Assembly (NCBI RefSeq): GCF_030028105.1
Contig: NC_092374.1
Location: 206,354,770 to 206,418,769 of the forward strand
Length of the DNA stretch: 64,000 nt
DNA from: Mobula birostris
Lineage: Eukaryota
Direction of reading: 5' to 3'
The translations under genes and the position numbers were made by a program. The notes under the pieces were generated by a model. The model did no database searches and was not told the DNA's origin. It saw nothing but the letters and a program-made list of their open reading frames with translations. This document shows, in pieces, positions 57,401 to 64,000 of this stretch; the stretch's first letter is position 1; each line of letters opens with the position of its first letter.

Positions 57401-60400
57401 TGGGAATGGGATGTGGAATTAAAATGTGTGGCACTGGGAGATCCTGCTTTCTCTGGCGGACAGAGCGTAGGTGTTCAGCAAAATGGTCTCCCAGTCTGCA
57501 TTGGGTCTCGCCAATATATAGAAGGCCACATTGGGAGCACCGGATGCAGTATATCATCCCAGTCGACTCACAGGTGAAGTGTCGCCTCACCTGGAAGGAC
57601 TGTCTGGGGCCCTGAATGGTGGTAAGGGAGGAAGTGTAAGGGCATGTGTAGCACTTGTTCCTCTTACACGGATAAGTGCCAGGAGGGAGATCAGTGGGGA
57701 GGGATGGGGGGGGACGAATGGACAAGGGAGTCGCGTAGGGAGCGATCCCCGCGGAAAGCGGGTGGGGGAGGGGGGAGGGAAAGATGTGCTTAGTGGTGGG
57801 ATCCCGTTGGAGGTGGCGGAAGTTACGGAGAATTATATGTTGGACCTGGAGGATAGTGGGGTGGTAGGTGAGGACAAGGGGAACCCTATTCCTAGTGGGG
57901 TGGCAGGAGGATGGAGTGAGAGCAGATGTGCGTGAAACGGGGGAGATGCGTTTGAGAGCAGAGTTGATAGTGGAGGAAGGGAAGCCCCTTTCTTTAAAAA
58001 AGGAGGACATCTCCGTCGTCCTGGAATGAAAAGCCTCATCCTGAGAGCAGATGCGGCGGAGACTGAGGAATTGTGAGAAGGGGATGGCATTTTTGCAAGA
58101 TACAAGGTGAGAAGGGGAATAGTCCAGATAGCTGTGAGAGTCAGTAGGTTTATAGTAGACATCAGTGGGTAAGCTGTCTCCAGAGATAGAAAGATCTAGA
58201 AAGGGGAGGGAGGTGTCAGACATGGACCAGGTAAACTTGAGGGCAGGGTGAAAGTTGGAGGCAAAGTTAATGAAGTCAACGAGCTCAGCATGCGTGCAGG
58301 AAGCAGCGCCAATGCAGTCATCAATGTAGCGAAGGAAAAGTGGGGGAGAGATACCAGAATAGGTTTGGAACATAGATTGTTCCACAAAGCCAACAAAAAG
58401 GCAGGCATAGCTGGGACCCATATGGGTGCCCATGGCTACACCTTTAGCTTGGAGGAAGTGGGAGGAGCCAAAGGAAAAATTACTAAGAGTAAGGACTTAT
58501 TCTGCTAGACGGAGGAGAGTGGTGGTAGAGGGGAACTGGTGAGGTCTTCTTTTTCTCTCTCTCCTTTTTCTACCTCTGTCCCTCTGACTATACCCGTTGC
58601 CCATCCTCTAGGTTTTTTTCTCCCCTCCCTCTTTCTTTCTCCCTAGGCCTCCTGTCCCATGATCCTCTCATATCCCCTTTGCCAATCACCTGTCCAGCTC
58701 TTGGCTCCATCCCTCCCCCTCCTGTCTTCTCCTACCATTTTGGATCTCCCCCTCCCCCTTTCAAATCTCTTACTATCCCTTCTTTCAGTCAGTCCTGACG
58801 AAGGGTCGTGGCCCAAAACGTCGACTGTACCTCTTCCTCAAGATGCTGCCTGGCCTGCTGCGTTCACCAGCAACTTTGATGTGTGTTGCTTGAAATTCCA
58901 GCATCTGCAGAATTCCTTGTGTTTGCCCTTCATCAACATGTTCAGTCACATCCTCAAAAAATTTGTCACAGAGACGGGTTGTGCCTCGGGGCCATGGTGG
59001 GGGGGGGTCACAGAGACGGGTTGTGCCTCGGGGCCATGGTGGGGGGGGGGTCACAGAGACGGGGAGGTGCCTAGGGGCCAGAGAAGGGTCACAGAGACAG
59101 AGGGTCTTAAGGCCATTATATAGACAAGGTGGGTTTTACAAGGATAGGAAGGTGTGGGTGTGTGAGGGTGTCATGCCAAGAGTGGTTTGAACAAGTGTGT
59201 CGGATGGAGGGGGGGTTGTCGCTCAACCATCTCCCTAGTTCATCCTGTGCGGCAGAGCCGTGGAGACCCACGACAATACTCACCAGACCCCGTGCCCACT
59301 CAAACACCACCTCCACCAGGCCGAACTTGAACTGGTCAACAAAATCCTCCACTGACTCTCTGAGGCCACACTCACGCTGCAGCATGGCAATCCGCTCCGC
59401 CACGCCCCGGATCCGCTCCACGCCCTGCGTGGGCAGCAAATGGTCATTCCAGCCCACCGTCCCACTGCCTGATCGTCAGTCCCACCTGTTAACAGAACTA
59501 CCTGAGCTGGACATGGCTGTGCTTAGTCGGGCAGAGAGCAGACGAGGGGACGACTTCTGTTCTTTCCTATCCGCACTTGCCTGGGTCCATCCCCACCATC
59601 TCTCTGCCGGGAACACCTTCCCTCACTGCACTGGGGTCCATCGGCCTCGGTCCCTTCTCCCCTCTTTCCCACCTCCACTGGAATTTGTCTTCCTCTTCGC
59701 ACACAGCTCTGCCTGGTTCCGTTACTGCTCTGTCAGAGTCTGTCATCCTTTTGCCCCCCGTCCGCCACAGTCCGCCCTTTTCCCCCTCTACCGGTGTACG
59801 TACCATTCCTTCCCCTCTCTGCCAGTGTCCGACCCTCCCTTCCCCCACCTCTGCCAGTGCCCGACCCCTCCCTCTCCCCCTTTCTCCCACCTCTGCCGGG
59901 GTCCGATCCCTCCCTTCCCCCCTTTCCTCACCTCTGCCAGGGTCTGACCCCTCCCTTCCCCCCTTCTCCCACCTCTGCCGGGGTCCGACCCCTCCCTTCC
60001 CCCCTTCTCCCACCTCTGCCAGTGTCCAATCTCTCCCTTCCCCCACCTCTGCCAGTGTCCGACCCCTCCCTTCCCCCTTCCCCCACCTCTGCCAGTGTCC
60101 GACCCCTCCCTTCCCCCACCTCTTCCAGTGTCCAACTCCTCCCTTCCCCCACCTCTGCCAGTGTCCAACCCCTCCCTTCCCCCACCTCTGCCAGTGTCCG
60201 ACCCCTCCTTTCCCCTCTTCCCCCACCTCTGCCGGTGTCCGACCCCTCCCTTCCCCCCTTTCTCCCACCGCTGCCGGGGTCCGATCCCTCCCTTCCCCCC
60301 TTTCTCCCACCACTGCCGGGGTCTGATCCCTCCCTTCCCCCCTTTCTCCCACCACTGCCGGGGTCCGACCCCTCCCTTCCCCCCTTTCTCCCACCACTGC

Positions 60401-63309
60401 CGGGGTCTGATACCTCCCTTCCCCCACCTCAGCCAGTGTCCGTCTCCTCCCTTCCCCCCTTTCTCCCACCTCTGCCAGGGTCCGACCCTCCCTTCCCCCC
60501 ACCTCTGCCAGTGTCCGACCCCTCCCTTCCCCCGTTCCCCACCTCTGCCAGTGTCCGACCTCTCCCTTCCCCCTTTCCCCACCTCTGCCGGGGTCACCCC
60601 CTCTCACCCTTTGCAAGGTCTCGCTGAGTTCAGGTTCCACTTGTGTTTTCTGCTGGAAGACAAGGCAGGAGAGCAGTGAGACGATCTCCTCAGGCCGCAG
60701 CTCCGTCAGCACATTCTCCAGGACCATCTCCGTGACGATCAGCTCGTGGTTACTGATTTCACAGGCCACTCGGCCCTTCAACTGCACTGCACAACTACTG
60801 TCAATGTACCTGAGCCTCTTCAGCACCTGAGCAGGAGGGGTTGGGGCAGTGAGGACGGGGGAGGGAACCGGGGGGGGAGGGGGCAAGGGTGCAGGACACG
60901 AGGGTTAGAAGAGGAAGCTTTGTTTTCAACCCCACCCACTAACCTCACCCAAAAACGCCTCATTCCCCACCCTCAAACACACCTCTGGTGTCCTCCGACT
61001 CCACATAAGGGCTTCTCCTCCCCTCCAACACAGCTCACCACCCCCCAAAAATGTTCCACTGAATCACACACACACACGTACTTTCCCCGCACTTGTACTC
61101 CCACCACCCTGCCCTGCCCACCCCCGGCACTACACCCACCCTCCGCCCTGCCCACCCCCGGCACTACACCCATCCTCTGCCCTGCCCACCCCCGGCACTA
61201 CAGCCACCCTCCGCCCTGCCCACCCCCGGCACTACACCCACCCTCCGCCCTGCCCACCCCCGGCACTACACCCACCCTCCGCCCTGCCCACCCCCGGCAC
61301 TACACCCACCCTCCGCCCTGCCCACCCCCGGCACTACACCCACCCTCCGCCCTGCCCACCCCCGGCACTACACCCACCCTCCGCCCTGCCCACCCCCGGC
61401 ACTACACCCACCCTCCGCCCTGCCCACCCCCGGCACTACACCCACCCTCCGCCCTGCCCACCCCCGGCACTACACCCACCCTCCGCCCTGCCCACCCCCG
61501 GCACTACACCCACCCTCCGCCCTGCCCACCCCCGGCACTACACCCACCCTCCGCCCTGCCCACCCCCCGCACTACACCCACCCTCCGCCCTGCCCACCCC
61601 CCGCACTACACCCACCCTCCGCCCTGCCCACCCCCCGCACTACACCCACCCTCCGCCCTGCCCACCCCCGGCACTACACCCACCCTCCGCCCTGCCCACC
61701 CCCGGCACTACACCCACCCTCCGCCCTGCCCACCCCCGGCACTACACCCACCCTCCGCCCTGCCCACCCCCGGCACTACACCCACCCTCCGCCCTGCCCA
61801 CCCCCGGCACTACACCCACCCTCCGCCCTGCCCACCCCCGGCACTACACCCACCCTCCGCCCTGCCCACCCCCGGCACTACACCCACCCTCCGCCCTGCC
61901 CACCCCCGGCACTACACCCACCCTCCGCCCTGCCCACCCCCGGCACTACACCCACCCTCCGCCCTGCCCACCCCCGGCACTACACCCACCCTCCGCCCTG
62001 CCCACCCCCGGCACTACACCCACCCTCCGCCCTGCCCACCCCCGGCACTACACCCACCCTCCGCCCTGCCCACCCCCGGCACTACACCCACCCTCCGCCC
62101 TGCCCACCCCCGGCACTACACCCACCCTCCGCCCTGCCCACCCCCGGCACTACACCCACCCTCCGCCCTGCCCACCCCCGGCACTACACCCACCCTCCGC
62201 CCTGCCCACCCCCGGCACTACACCCACCCTCCGCCCTGCCCACCCCCGGCACTACACCCACCCTCCGCCCTGCCCACCCCCGGCACTACACCCACCCTCC
62301 GCCCTGCCCACCCCCGGCACTACACCCACCCTCCGCCCTGCCCACCCCCGGCACTACACCCACCCTCCGCCCTGCCCACCCCCGGCACTACACCCACCCT
62401 CCGCCCTGCCCACCCCCGGCACTACACCCACCCTCCACCCTGCCCACTGTCGGCACAACACCCACCCTCTGCCCTGCCCACCCCCGGCACTACACCCACC
62501 CTCCGCCCTGCCCACCCCTGGCACTACACCCACCCTCCGCCCTGCCCTCCCCCGGCACTACACCCACCCTCCACCCTGCCCACTGTCAGCACAACACCCA
62601 CCCTCCGCCCTGCCCACCTCCGGCACTACACCCACCCTCCGCCCTGCCCACTGTCAGCACAACACCCACCCTCCGCCCTGCCCACCTCCGGCACTACACC
62701 CACCCTCCGCCCTGCCCTCCCCCGGCACTACACCCACCCTCCGCCCTGCCCTTCCCCGGCACTACACCCACCCTCCGCCCTGCCCACCCCCGGCACTACA
62801 CCCACCCTCAGCCCTACCCACCCCCGGCACTACACCCACCCTCTGCTCCCCCAGTACTACACCCACCCTCTGCTCTGCCCATCCCCGGTACAACACTCAC
62901 CCTCTGCCCTGCTCCCCCAGTACTACACCCACCCTCTGCTCTGCCCATCCCCGGCACTACACCCACCCTCCGCCCTGCCCACCCCCGGCACTACACCCAC
63001 CCTCAGCCCTACCCACCCCCGGCACTACACCCACCCTCTGCTCCCCCAGTACTACACCCACCCTCTGCTCTGCCCATCCCCGGTACAACACTCACCCTCT
63101 GCCCTGCCCATCCCCCAGTACTACACCCACCCTCTGGTCTGCCCATCCCTGGCACTACACCCACCCTCCGCTCTGCCCAACCCTGGCACTACACCCACCT
63201 CCACGCGCTGCTGGTACTCAGGCAGTAAGACCAGGCTCTGGTCAGACAAGAGGAACCGCAGTCGCTCCAGCTCCTCCTTCATCACCATCCGCTGTTGCAT
63301 CCGTACGTA
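54256..63309 (-). CDS. SKIC2: SKI2-like RNA helicase (SKIV2L/SKIC2), 3' part of the gene (last four exons); the rest lies beyond the window
   Basis: Four in-phase exons encoding the Ski2/Mtr4 C-terminal (DSHCT) region ending [12 protein letters not shown]. Confidence 0.93.
54495..55240. repeat. ~38-40 bp minisatellite (cccgtatccccccatcggcccggggacag...)
   Basis: Tandem variants beginning ~40 nt from the SKIV2L last-exon acceptor. Confidence 0.9.
55495..58962 (-). mobile_element. CR1-like LINE carrying nested insertions (inverted CR1 3' end; Penelope element)
   Basis: [28 protein letters not shown]; the host sequence resumes at ~58927. Confidence 0.85.
56880..58925 (-). mobile_element. Penelope-like element (RT plus GIY-YIG endonuclease, 5'-truncated) with inverted terminal repeats
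   Basis: [13 protein letters not shown]...RYIDD...YYKPT...[20 protein letters not shown]; terminal repeat at 56880-57270 and inverted copy at 58545-58925. Confidence 0.92.
59284..59424 (-). CDS. SKIC2: SKIV2L penultimate exon
   Basis: acgcag|[47 protein letters not shown]|gtgagt; 141 nt. Confidence 0.95.
59805..60597. repeat. Pyrimidine-rich minisatellite (cccacctctgccagtgtccgacccctcccttccc...)
   Basis: Tandem 32-42 bp variants adjoining the SKIV2L donor at 60607. Confidence 0.9.
60608..60826 (-). CDS. SKIC2: SKIV2L exon (third from last)
   Basis: gctcag|VLKRLRYID...[23 protein letters not shown]...[14 protein letters not shown]...TLQR|gtgaga; 219 nt. Confidence 0.95.
61105..63198. repeat. 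34-bp C-rich minisatellite (ccgccctgcccacccccggcactacacccaccct), ~60 copies
   Basis: Nearly homogeneous to ~62430, diverging toward the exon. Confidence 0.95.
63199..63309 (-). CDS. SKIC2: SKIV2L exon (fourth from last)
   Basis: ctgcag|[37 protein letters not shown]|gtgggt; 111 nt. Confidence 0.95.
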
Positions 63310-64000
63310 CTGCAGCAGAGGGAGGGGAGGGCCGGAAATGAAAAGGAGGGGAGCAGGGCCGGGGGACAGAGGGAGAGAGACAGACGAAGATGGGGAAACG
63401 GAAGGGGACATAGATAGAAACGGAGACAGAAAGAGCGGGAGAGAGATGGAGTGACAGAGAGAAGACAGGAAGGGGAGAGAGAAACAGAGACAGGGGGAGA
63501 GAAAGGCAGATGGGAGAGGCAGGGAGGCAGAAACGGGGACAGAGTGGCAAAAGGAGAGAGAGAAGAAAGAGTCAAAGAGATGGGAAAACAGTGGAAAATA
63601 GAGAGCCAGACAAACAGACAGGAAGGAGAAGAGAGAGAGAAACAGAGACAGGGACAGAACATGGGTGAGACATGGAGTCAGAAGGAGAGAGGGAGAGAAA
63701 GTCACTCGGGAGCTCTATCACCCCTCCCATTCTTCCCCTCCCTCCCCCATGGTCACCCCACCACACCCTGAGATCTCCTCTGCCCCCACCTTGCCCTGCC
63801 CCTGGGTTTCTACACCACTCCACACTCCCTGGGATTTGTTTTGTTTTTGGTCATGAGTTACTTTGACAGTAGGGTCATGGAGGGGTGGGATGCACAGCAA
63901 GGAGGGGTGGGAGTAGTTCTACTGATGAGGGATAAGTAGGAGGGGTCAGCTAGAGAAGCAAAGAGCATGGACAGGAGGGTGAGAGAGTGATCGGGGGTAG

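Noticed and set aside
60746-63454. 902-aa and 711-aa Pro/His-rich ORFs
   Set aside because: Translations of the 34-bp minisatellite, antisense to a SKIV2L intron

Overview
Eukaryotic, intron-rich vertebrate DNA. The repeat landscape (CR1-like, Rex1-like and RTE LINEs, Penelope-like elements, V-SINE-like SINEs, Gypsy fragments) suggests a cartilaginous fish; this is inference. The window looks like part of an MHC class III-type region. It holds (1) the last two exons of a complement factor B/C2 paralog (+, 2187-4743); (2) 662 bp after its stop codon, a second, nearly complete factor B/C2 gene (+, 5406-51619), with 17 of the expected 18 exons traced by GT-AG sites and consistent phases (signal peptide, 3 CCP, vWA, serine protease), while exon 16 is not visible and probably lies in a 500-N gap; (3) the last four exons of SKIV2L/SKIC2 (-, 54256-63309), convergent with the complement gene and with no NELFE visible between them. 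Almost all long ORFs in the supplied track are repeat or N-gap artefacts. Most notable: a Gly216->Leu change at the S1-pocket entrance of the upstream paralog; a C2-like scissile bond on a factor-B-like protease domain; minimal hammerhead-ribozyme motifs in Penelope repeats; nested retroelements; and minisatellites abutting, and in one case copying, splice sites. I found no convincing evidence of a wholly new biological system.
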